From Blastocystis sp. Blastoise (lineage: Eukaryota > Protista > Bigyra: Opalinata): DNA of 64,000 nt. Within the stretch, counting starts at the first letter, position 1, and each line of letters begins with the position of its first letter. Of the stretch, positions 1 to 11,300 are shown in pieces. A program made the translations under genes and the position numbers. The stretch spans positions 186,001-250,000 of the forward strand of contig JBBPEB010000002.1 in NCBI GenBank assembly GCA_039096225.1, read 5' to 3'. The notes under the pieces were generated by a model. That model was not told where the DNA came from. It saw nothing but the letters and a program-made list of their open reading frames with translations, and ran no database searches.

Positions 1-1329
1 TCAATAAAAAGTTGTCAATATGTATTCAATAGACCATCTAGACTCATAATATTAAAAAAAACTTGTTTTATGATGTTTATGAAAAATACTCAAAAACGAA
101 AATTCAGACAGTCAAATTTTGAAATATAGGGTAATTTTTTCATTTCAAAAATGAAAGCAAAAATTGAAACTGGGTCTTTTATTTCTTTTTTTATTGAACT
201 TGATGCATGAGTTTATATTTGATTAAATTACTATATGTTCTATTTAGGTATAATGTCCATGTTTCAAATTTGTTGTATTTTTTTTATATTCTATTTTACT
301 TAATTCATTTGTTATTTAGGAATCAGGTCTTTTTAAGATGAGAAAACTCCCTTCGTGGTGAAATCGTGTTCTATGTAATTCCAAATGGTCAAACTGGATA
401 GAAAATACTTTCTGTATATAATTATATTTTTAAATTAGTTTTACATATTTAATCTATCTTTATTCTATAGTGTAGAATGATTGCTGGCTTCTCAATATGT
501 TTCTTGTGTCTCTTATGTCAGTTTGGTAAGTATTTTATTTTAATTACATTATAATTACTTATAAATTTTTATTATTATTATTTTATTTATTTATTTTTAT
601 ATTTATTTATTATATTAATTGGTATTTTCTTATTTCTGTCTTTTGGAACTATTATTTTTTTTATATTTTTATCATAATATATCATTACTATATATATGAG
701 AATAGGCAAAAAAATTCCCATTGGTCAGTTTTTGGAAAATGCATTTGATTGGCTAAGGTATACTATAGTTTGTGGACACAACTCCTCTAAACTTACGGGG
801 AGTTAATGTTTGGTTGAAACACAGTTCAATAGGATATAACATGTAGTTTTGCACCGTATATTTGGTTAAGCGATATTATTAATAATTAAAAAGTTATTAA
901 TAAAAAAACAGAAAACATGATTTTTGAGTCGTTTTTGATTGGCTCTTTGGGGTGACCCCGATAAAAATTGTTGACCAGACAATTGAAAAATAAACATGGG
1001 GTAAACTTGATTTTTTCTCAATCCCACAATATACGTTATCCGTGTTTATTCTTTATATTTATCTACTTTTTAATACTTTTTCATATTGAACACGTGAGGC
1101 CTTAACGGTCAAATTTAGATTCTTATTTTGACATCATATTCTGATTCAGGAGGTCAAAAAACCTAGGTGTACCAATTTTGAGCTCCTGAGGACGATTTTT
1201 GAGTGATCGATATTTTCTTCGATCTTCTTATAATCGACTAATATTACAGTATTGTAATTGATAGGTCCTCAAACTACTATAGTTAAAACAAAGTCTTAAA
1301 ATAATGAGTTTGAGTGTCACAATTTTGAA

Positions 1330-2790
1330 AAATGTGAATTAAGTGGTCTTAGAGTGAGAGATTCAATATAATGACTTTTATTTAATAAACTAGAGATAAT
1401 ACTCTATACTATGTCAAAAGGAGATTAAAAATTATGAAGGTCAAAGTGTATGACCAAATGACAAAATGTGTCTTAAAAAGTAAAAGGGTTTCTATATGTG
1501 TTCAAAATATTGAATCACGTCTATTCTTTGAATAAGAGCTTTAAATAAATAGTTTAAGGTTGTCAAATTTAAAAGAATGTGTAAAACATAGTCTTAAACT
1601 TTGAATAAAAAATTTAGAGATATTAATTAGTGTGCAGCTGTAGTAGCTCTACAACATATCAAAAGTTCAAAGAAAATAATTTTTAGAGAGTGGATGTGTG
1701 AAGGGTTGTGACTATTATTTAAAATTTATTTTTACTTCAGTTTGAGCAAAATCGTGAATTTCGTGCACTGTAGAAAAATTGAGTCAGAAGGTCAACTCTA
1801 AGGGTCTTAAATTTAAAAAAATGTAAAAATGACTAACTTAGAGGACGAGATTCAAAATAAGAGTGTTTAGTCATTAAACTAGACTGTATGACCTATATTA
1901 TGTTAAAAGGAGGGACAAAAATATTTTGATCAAAGTGTATGAGCAAATGGTAAAGTGTCCTTAAAAAGTCTAAAGTGTTGACTAATGTGTTTATATTGTC
2001 ATATAAAGTCTACTATGTGAATATTGGCTTTTTAAAATATGTTTAAGCCTTTCAATTAGTAAAAATATGTTCAAAGAGAGTCATAAAATGAGAGTTTTAA
2101 GAAACGAGATATTGTTCAGTATACACTAAGAGACACTCTACAACATATCAAAAATATAGCAAAATCTATTTTTAGAGACTGCATGTGTAAAGGGTTGTGA
2201 GAGTTATCGAATAAATATTTTTACTTCAGTTTGTGCAAAATCGTGTTTTTGGAACACTGTAGAAAAATTAACTTCAAAAATCAACTCTAAGGGTCTTAAT
2301 TTTTAAAAATGTGAAAATGTTTGACTTAGAGGACGAGATTCAAAATTCCCCCTCACTTTCATATAACTAGACCACACACTCTATATTATGTCAAAAGAAG
2401 GGACGAAAATATTTTGGTCGAAGTAAATGAGCAAATGCAAAAGGTTTATAAAATGTTTTAAAGTGATGACCAATGTGTAGCTATGGTATTATTAAGTATA
2501 GTGTGTAAATATTAGCATTTAAAAATGAGTTTAAGTGTGTCAACTTTTCATAATGTGTCAAAAAGGGTCTTTAAGACAGAGATTCAAAACATTTACTTTT
2601 ATTTAATAAATAGTATGATAAACTCTATACTATATCAAAAGACTGACGGAAACTGTTTTGATACAGTGGATCTTGAATGGGTAAAGTCTCTTTAAAAGTT
2701 ACTATTTTGAGATATTTATGTTTAAAATCATTATTTGAGACGAATATAAAAATATTAACTTTTTAAATAATGTTTTAGTTGTCAAAGTGA
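1330..2790 (+). repeat. Diverged ~245-bp tandem array organised as ~490-bp dimers
   Basis: CTTAGAG..GAGATTCAA recurs at ~1348, 1838, 2326 (partial at ~2580). The alternate unit with CTCTACAACATATCAAAA is at ~1647 and ~2136. Array ends approximate. Confidence 0.8.
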
Positions 2791-3110
2791 AAATGAATGT
2801 TGACTTTGTTATACTTAAAACTTCAAAATTCTTTTAAGAAGTATTAAAATGAGTTAAAATTATTTTATTACGTTTATTTAAATGAATTTTATGAATTAAA
2901 AATACTTTACACTACTTCACATTGGTACTCATTTCTAAAGTTATTGACTTTAAAAACTCAAAGAATGTTTTAAACAGTTGTTTAATTATTACTAAATACA
3001 AAATATATTTTAAAAATAAATTGTTGTGAAAAAATTGACTTAGAAAGTGATTTTAATTAAAAAATAATTTTTTCTCTTTTTTAATTTCTTATTTAAAAAG
3101 TCTAAAATAA

Positions 3111-3178
3111 TCTTATATCAGGAATTGAACCTGATTACAATCATAAAATAATTGTAACTCTCCATATAGAGTATAAGA
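3111..3178 (-). ncRNA. tRNA-like cloverleaf (68 nt), not a canonical tRNA
   Basis: Minus strand TCTTATA-CTCT ATATGG AGAG-TTACAATTA TTTTA TGATTGTAA-TCAGG TTCAATT CCTGA-TATAAGA: four stems, D-loop GG, canonical T-loop/B-box. Expression not shown. Confidence 0.65.
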
Positions 3179-3316
3179 AATTAATATTTAATAAATAATA
3201 AATAATATATATAATATATAATATATAATATATAATAAATGACTCATATTAAAAACTATATATATATAATATATAAGATAAAAGATAATAAATATTTTTT
3301 ATATACTCTTTATGCA

Positions 3317-3363
3317 GCCGCGGTCCGGGGCCGTTAGGCACTGGACCTGCGGCGTGACCCTAG
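3317..3363 (+). terminator. Helitron 3' rolling-circle termination hairpin plus CTAG
   Basis: GCCGC GGTCCGGGGCC GTTA GGCACTGGACC T GCGGC followed by GTGACCCTAG|T. Confidence 0.9.
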
Positions 3364-3824
3364 TTATATAAATATAGATATACCATATAAGACTATAATT
3401 CAGTGTGGGAATTTATATATCTAGTTTATTCTTCTCTGTCCTTTTTAATTTTTAAAATTAGATAAGTATATATTTTTATTGTTTTATTATATTTATTATT
3501 TTTATTATATTTTTTATTATACTTATTATAAAATAAATTATAGATATATAATCATAAATTTATTTTGTGGAGAGAACTTATTCATGAAATAAGGTATATA
3601 ATAAATACTATTATACTATAATACTATATATATTAGATGCACATTTGATGAGAAGTGAGAAGCCGTATGTTGACTAATATTTGAATAATTTTGAATATCG
3701 TGGGAAGCTACTTATTTACATATTCCAAAGAAGAATGAAGATGAATCTACAACAATTATTGACTTAATTTGTATAGGAAAGAAACAGATTCAGATTCAGA
3801 TTCAGATTCAGATATATATACATA

Positions 3825-4172
3825 GGGAAGTACAATAGAAAATGAAGAAATAATTGAGTTAATTAGTGAAAATAAAGCCATGTCACTTGCTATTGAGGCT
3901 TATGGAACACAAAAGAGTGCAAATATTACGACAGTGAAACGGTTAGCTGAATTTCTAGTGGAAGACGTGCTTATGGTATACATAATATTTATAATATATA
4001 TAGTGTAATATATATATAGTATAATATATATATATAGTCAAGTGGAGTTTCATGTTCAATGGTCTTTAGTAAATATCCTGAGGGAGCCCCCGTCACGGAG
4101 AGCTTCATTTCTAAAAATATATTTCAAACGGAAGAAAAAACTAAACGACATTTTCTTAGAGAATTGTCTAAA

Positions 4173-4208
<36 letters not shown>

Positions 4209-4789
4209 CGTATTCTTAAAAATTCTATATATACATATATATATATAAAATAATACCTTAACAGATTTAAATATTCGTAATATATTAGATTGGAATTATT
4301 ATATTGATCGATTGTTAAAAACAATTCAAAAAATATACTATTCCCGCGGGACTTCAGAATATTCCGAATCCGGTCCCTCGTATCCCTCATCCCGACTGGG
4401 TGCGTCGAATGGCGAACGGAAAACTGGATGCTTTTTAAGAAACGAAAATTGATGATTCATTTACTCCACAAATGGTATATATATATATTATTCTTATTAT
4501 TATTCTATTTATTATTTTATTATTATATATTATAATATAATTATCCATATCATATATATATACATTTTATACCTATATTGTTATGAACATATTTATAGTT
4601 ATTTTTATACTTTTATTATATTTATAGAACGTTAATATTGAAGATATAAATTCTGACAATATTCACGCGGAAGATTCAAAAGAAGCCAGCGTTGTTCAGC
4701 ATCCTATTCAAATTAGTATTTAACGATATATATATATATATATATATATAGATCAAAATAATGGCTATATTTTTAAACCAAGACCAATG

Positions 4790-4827
<38 letters not shown>

Positions 4828-5416
4828 GTGAAGATCTTCAAGGATGGTTGGCGGCAAGAGAAAAGACTTGGCGGGCAAGTCGAAAGAGAATAATTCCGAC
4901 AGAAAAGGAATGCATATATATATATATAATAAATAACTATAGAAATAAATATGAGTATATATTATATATCTATTTATAGCTAAGAAAAATTCTATTCCTC
5001 TGGTAATACCATCGAATATGAATTCAAGTTCTTATTGGCAGGTCGTTGAGTTATCAGAAACTAGTATTCCCGGGGAATTGTGTGCATGGATTATACTAGA
5101 TAAAGAACAATTAATAGTATATATTACTTATTATTATATCTAATATTGTTATTATATCTATTATATTTATTATTATATATATAACCTTCGTGTTATGGTT
5201 CCACAAAATCTCTATATAACAAAATAAACCGTTGAAAATGGATAAAATAGCCGCGGTTACTCGTATATTATCAGGAGAACAATCCTATAACCATTTATAT
5301 CACTTGGAAGCAAATGAAAAGGAATTTAATAATAATATACAAGATTTATTTACTCAAAATATATATAGTAGTTTAGAAAATATATATGGAACAAAAGTAT
5401 ATATACAAACTATATA

Positions 5417-5463
<47 letters not shown>

Positions 5464-5620
5464 ATTATGTATAACTATATATATACTATTATATAGTGTC
5501 CAAGTGCATTTACAGCCGTTAGGAATATTGGAAGCGTTTGCAGTGTGCGTCAGGATATGAATCCCTCATTATTATCCAATCAAAAGATCGGTTTTTCAAA
5601 TATATATAAAACTATTGAAG
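3825..5620 (+). pseudogene. POLE: Intron-containing internal fragment of DNA polymerase epsilon catalytic subunit, degenerate
   Basis: Exons translate to [74 protein letters not shown] and WQVVELSETSIPG, all Pol2/POLE motifs. In-frame TAA near 4436, substitutions in conserved residues, no N- or C-terminal exons. Confidence 0.85.
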
Positions 5621-5676
5621 AGAAATATACATTAAATTAAATATATTAAATAATGTTAATAATGATTATTTAACGT

Positions 5677-5678
<2 letters not shown>

Positions 5679-5746
<68 letters not shown>

Positions 5747-5795
5747 TGTTATTATACCTATTATTATTATTATTATTATTATTATACCTATTATT
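5679..5795. repeat. (ATT)n microsatellite
   Basis: Directly visible. Confidence 0.95.
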
Positions 5796-6600
5796 ATGTT
5801 TCATTTTATTATTATGTTTCATTTTATTCATCCTTGATATTCTAGTCACCGAAGTTCTTTACTGTTAATACATAAAATAGAGGAATACTTATATTTGTGG
5901 TTTGCACGCGTATATATTTGTCCTATTAGATCATTTTAATTATTGTATATATATTTCTATTATTAAGATACTGAAATATTAACAAATGAATAGTGTAATT
6001 GCTATAAATATTTTATTTTTAACATATTATAATAATATATCATATATATATAGTTTTTCTTTGATTTAGATTGATACTATTTGTATTTTTTGATATTGAT
6101 ATTGGTGTATTCCATAAAAGCCATCATGATATCGTATTTTATATTCTAAAAACGATAAGAATAATAGTTGTTGATTTGAGTATTATATATTTCTTATTTT
6201 AGTTTTAATTTTTTATATAGGTTTCCTAAATCTGTTAATATTATTATTATTGTTTTTCTCGATTATTTCTGTCATTAAAAGTTTATATAAAAGTTTATAT
6301 ATATTTAAATATGCTATTTTATTTTAAATTATCTTTTTATAGTGATAAATAATAATGAAAATTTTTTTATTAATAGTGATTATTTTGTGTTTTATTGTAT
6401 GTATTATATTTTATACAATAATATTTACTGTTTAGTTGTATATCAAGAATCTTGTGATTAAATCACACTTTATATATAAACAAACTGATAATAGAAACTA
6501 GTATTTTTTATGGAATATTAATTTGGTAACTATATAATAAAGTATTTTATAATAAAAAAAGGAAAACGTAATATTAATTGCATTAAACGAGTACATTAAA

Positions 6601-8065
6601 TTATTTAGATAAATTTGGTCTAATAATGTCTCTTTGCATAAAGACAGTATTTGTTATTGTTTCACCATCAAATGTATTTATATTTATCTTCTTTTTTTTC
6701 TTGGAAGTCTATATAAAATTAATATATATTATTTAAATATAATCAAAATAAAACAGAATTGCAATTTAATTATTATTATTGAAAAAAAAAAGAAAAATTG
6801 TAAATATAAAAGTATAAATAAATGTACATACTCGACTTTTCTCCTTATATGTTTCATCCTCTTCACTTCCTATAACAATATTGGCAACAATTAGGTTTGT
6901 AGGCGTAATATCAATAACTTTAATAAATACAATATTATCTATATTCTGATTATTTGTTTTCTCAGAATCAATAATACAATAATATAGGCCAGTTTTTGAG
7001 GGCTCTACAGATGGATATTTGTGACCACATACTATAAATTCTCGATTGATTTGCATATACGCCAATGCTTTTATAAAATTAATTTTATACTCTGTATGAT
7101 CATTATTATAAGTATAATACATAATATATGAATTATCTATTCTTTCCACACCTTCATCAGGTTTACTTGTAGAGAAGATAATATCATTATTTATTAGTAT
7201 TTCAGAATAAAAGTATTTTTGTAGCTTTAAAAAGTTTTTCTTTAAACTCTTAAATACACTAGGATTATCTATATTATTTCGTAAATCATTCAACATATTT
7301 TCTTGAATATCATTATTAGAATAAAGAATAGTACATATATCTAGAAAATCTTCATTAATGAAGAACTTCAATAAATTTTTAATATTATTATCAGTAAATA
7401 TCATTTCTTCCATTCCTCTTAATCCTTTTATTATATATACACTGTTATATTTATAAGGAAATGTTATATCACAATATTGTAATGAATCTGGAGTATTATT
7501 AGTTGACATATTTATAGTAGAAACAATTTGACCATTACATGGTGTTATAGGTTTACTAGGTAATTCTAGTTGAAGATATACATCAGAAGTCAATTCAATT
7601 TCTTTATTAATAACATGGATTATCGTCGATTCATTAAAATTTAATCTACCAAACGTATTCCTCTTTAAAACTCCATAATAACGTTCAGATCTCCATGTAG
7701 AACAATAAATCATTGAACCAGAATCCATTATACTTTTATATAAATGTTGGCAACTATGTATTTGTGAGTCAATCAATGGGCTTGGTAAAACCAATTCACA
7801 TAAATATGTAAAAATGTAACACTTTGTTCTCAATAAATCAAAATAACCTTCATTCATACTATTATTATAAATAGAACAATCATTAATAATATCACTAAAT
7901 ACATCTATAACTGGAATTAAACAAGAATCAGAAACATTAAAATCAGATAGAAGAAGAGGTAGTATTTTACTCATGAAGTATATTCTTGAATGAGAAGTAA
8001 GATTTTTATATTTTTTCGGATCTAATATTGATCTAAATTGATATTCATTATTACCATAAAAAGTA
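6601..8065 (-). pseudogene. C-terminal half of a CACTA/EnSpm-like transposase, cut by Helitron A
   Basis: NLTSHSRIYFMSKILPLLL resembles LKSHDCHVxMQxLLP; HSCQHLYKSIMDSGS..STWRSERYYGVLKR resembles the HxxHL..GP..W..ER..G.LK motif. Intron 6831-6709, last exon ends TAA at 6601. The ORF-track start (MRQRRYP) is Helitron hairpin sequence. Confidence 0.7.
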
Positions 8066-8112
8066 CTAGGGTAACGCCGCTGGCGCACCGCCTAACGGCG
8101 ACGCGCCGCGGC
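8066..8112 (-). terminator. Helitron A 3' hairpin plus CTAG
   Basis: GCCGC GGCGCGTCGCC GTTA GGCGGTGCGCC A GCGGC GTTACCCTAG on minus strand. Confidence 0.92.
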
Positions 8113-8302
8113 TGCGTTGTTCAGTTGGGTTTTAAAATTCTTTATTAAACTTTATAGAACAAAACCATTTTTTTTTATTATAAACATTTTAAAAACAAAT
8201 AAAAAGTGAAGAAGTAATAGATTAAAAAGAAAAAATAATTAACAAACATAAAACAAAAACAAACAAATATAACAAAAGAAGAAAAAAGAAAAAATAAAGC
8301 AT

Positions 8303-11300
8303 TTAATTATTTAGAGTAGACCTGAAGACCACGTTCTTAGTAAATATTTCATTACTGCTACTTATCATCTTACCTTGAGAGACACTATCAACTACCTTAA
8401 TAAAAAGAGAATTGAAAGATCGAGCACGACTGAAAGCAACATAGAGTTGACCATGAGAGAAGACAGGACGATCTAAATAAACACCAACTCTTTCAAATGT
8501 TTGTCCTTGAGATTTGTTGATAGTCATTGCGAACGCTAAACGAATAGGAAATTGTCTTCTGGATATAATAATAGGAAGATCTTCAGGATTTGAATTACAG
8601 ATGATTCTTGGAATAATAACAGTACGTTCATCAATAGTAAGAGAAGGAGGAGGATTTAAAATAGTAGCAGTAATATTATTTGATCCTAATCGAGTTACTA
8701 TAAGTCTAGTACCATTATATAATCCTTTAGAAGGATTAAGATTTCTTAAAAGCATAATGATACAACCTATTTTTAAATTTAATATATGAGGAGGCATTCC
8801 AGAAGGTGTTTGAGAATTGATAAACTCGATAGGATAATTTGATTCTGGATCATCTGTTTCAGAATCAAGAATAGAATCAGAAGAGATATAAGGAATAGTA
8901 GTTCCAGAAAGAAGATTATCTACAATAAAATCATTTAAAGTACCAACACAATCATTAGTAGAAGCTAATATAACAGAAGAAGCTAATCGTTTGATATCAG
9001 AATCAAGAGAAGTATTGATTCGATGTCCAAATACAGTAACACATAAATCATCATTTACAATACATTGAGGAGGAATAGGAATATAATCTATATCTAAATG
9101 ATGACTAATAGTATAATTATTAGAAAGAACACCATCTCCTACTTGTAATAGCCATTGTCTAAAATCATCTGCTCCTTCTAAAGCTCTCATATTTCTCGAT
9201 AAATGAATGACATTATTTTTGATAGAATTCCATAAGGAACAAAACTTTATAGAAGAACTAACAATCTGAGCTTGAGTTCCTTTTCTTATAACTGGTAAAC
9301 ATTGTCTGAAATCTCCTCCTAATACTACTGTTTTACCACCAAAAGGAATATCTAATTCTGTATTCATTATATCACATAATAATCTATGTACTACCATAAA
9401 GCAATCACCTTTCATCATAGGAGCTTCATCCCATATTATTAAATCAGCTATTCTTATTTCTTCTACTTTTCTTCTATCTCTAGCTAAATCTATATTTGAA
9501 GTAGAATCAGGATCAACATTCAAAGGAATACCAAATTGTTTATGAGCTGTTCTACCACTTGGTAATAAAGTAGAAGTAATACCTGTTGAAGCTACAGGTA
9601 ATACATTCTTATTATGTCCACGTAAATAACTTAATAAACTATTATATAAGAAAGTCTTTCCACTTCCACCTGGACCATCTATAAAGAAACATAACTTATC
9701 TTCTATTCTACTACTTTCTATTGAATGAATTACTCTATCAAATGCATTTCTTTGTTCTTCATTTAATAATTCTATTACTCTATTAGCTTCTTGTAATTCT
9801 AAAGTAGGATTATAATTATAATCATTATAATGATGTTGTTCTTCTACTTGAGGTAATCCTAAATCATTATAATTCACTCCTATACTTATCATCATCTCTT
9901 TTATATCTTGTAAAGTACGTATTTCATAATCTTGAAGAACAGTATTAGTATCATCTTCTATAACACTTGATGAATCTAAATCTTGAGCTAAAGGAGTATT
10001 TATATAATCTATTTCATTATTATGCATTGAATGTTTATAATCTTTACTAAGAAATGATTTAAATCGAATCCAAAACTCTTTCACATTTGTTAATAATGAT
10101 TCTGAAATATAAGTAATAAATAATTGTCTCAATTGACATGGAGTAGCAAAAACAATAGCTTCTGAAAATGAATCAAATACTTCTCTCTCATTATTCAATA
10201 ATCCTCTTGCTATAGCTGCTTCACTAAAGGTTCTATAAGGTTCATTACTATTCAATCCTTTTACTATCTTCAAAGAATCAAAGCTATCAGCTCCTTTCGT
10301 ATTCAATAATAATAATCTCAAAGCATATCGTTCTTTATCTTTTGGATTCACATAATACATTCTTCCTAAAGCTTTTATATCTCTCTGACGTCTATTCCAA
10401 GTATTTGTATTCGATTTCCATACATAATATTTTGGTATTTCATGATAAGCATAAATAGGATATTTCTCATCTAATATTTTCAATAATTCTTCTGATATAT
10501 TATCATCATCTACTTCATAACTATTTATTCTATTTATCTCTTCTAAACGAACTTGAATCAATTCTCTTTCTTCTTCTACATTATTCATATTACGAATACC
10601 ATGCTTCTTCTCTATATAATAATAAGTATATATCTTTCTTTGATTCTGAACTTCTTTCTCTAAATCAAAGTATTTTGTTAATTTAGTACCTTTCTCTAAA
10701 CTATTTCTTAATGCTTCTTCTTCATGTCCTTCTCGAAATAATATATATGGATCATCAGGTAAATGAATAGGTAATCTATTAATAGAAACAGAATTATAAG
10801 TAATTTCAAAACAATTCAAACGATAAGAAGCTTCAGGAGGAGAAACATATCGACAATCTAAATAAGCTTGAGTTTCATCTACTATTCCATTATCATTCAC
10901 TCTTCTTAATTGAGCTATCACAGAATCATTTCCTTTTAATGCATATTTATATATATATTTAGTACTTTGAATATTACAACAGACTTCTACATTAATATGA
11001 GCTTGATATTTCAATAATAAATAAGGATTATAAGGAACTACCCAACGATTATCAATAGTATAAGTATTATGACTACGAATAAGAGTAATAGTTCTATCAG
11101 GAATATTTCTTCTTTGATATAAAGGATAAGAATTTAAATGACAATTAGTTTGCTCTATATATTCTTTTGGAAATCTCTTACTACATTTACCTGTTGATCT
11201 ATCAATACAAACACAATTCGTATCATAATCAGGACCACATGGACCATGAATCATATGTTTCTTAACTAATTCATAAAGAAGAGGAGTTGATTCTTTATCA

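Larger units (their letters stand above)
682..3363 (+). mobile_element. Non-autonomous Helitron (5' end shared with Helitron A)
   Basis: Starts a|TCATTACTATATA at 682 and ends with a GC hairpin plus CTAG|t at 3363, matching the Helitron A/T insertion rule. 682-~2470 is the near-identical reverse complement of ~17040-18817. No long ORF. Confidence 0.9.

Noticed and set aside
3111-3178. Cloverleaf as a TGA-suppressor tRNA for the RepHel stop
   Set aside because: Neither copy has a 7-nt anticodon loop or a TCA anticodon, and the linker and variable regions are absent.
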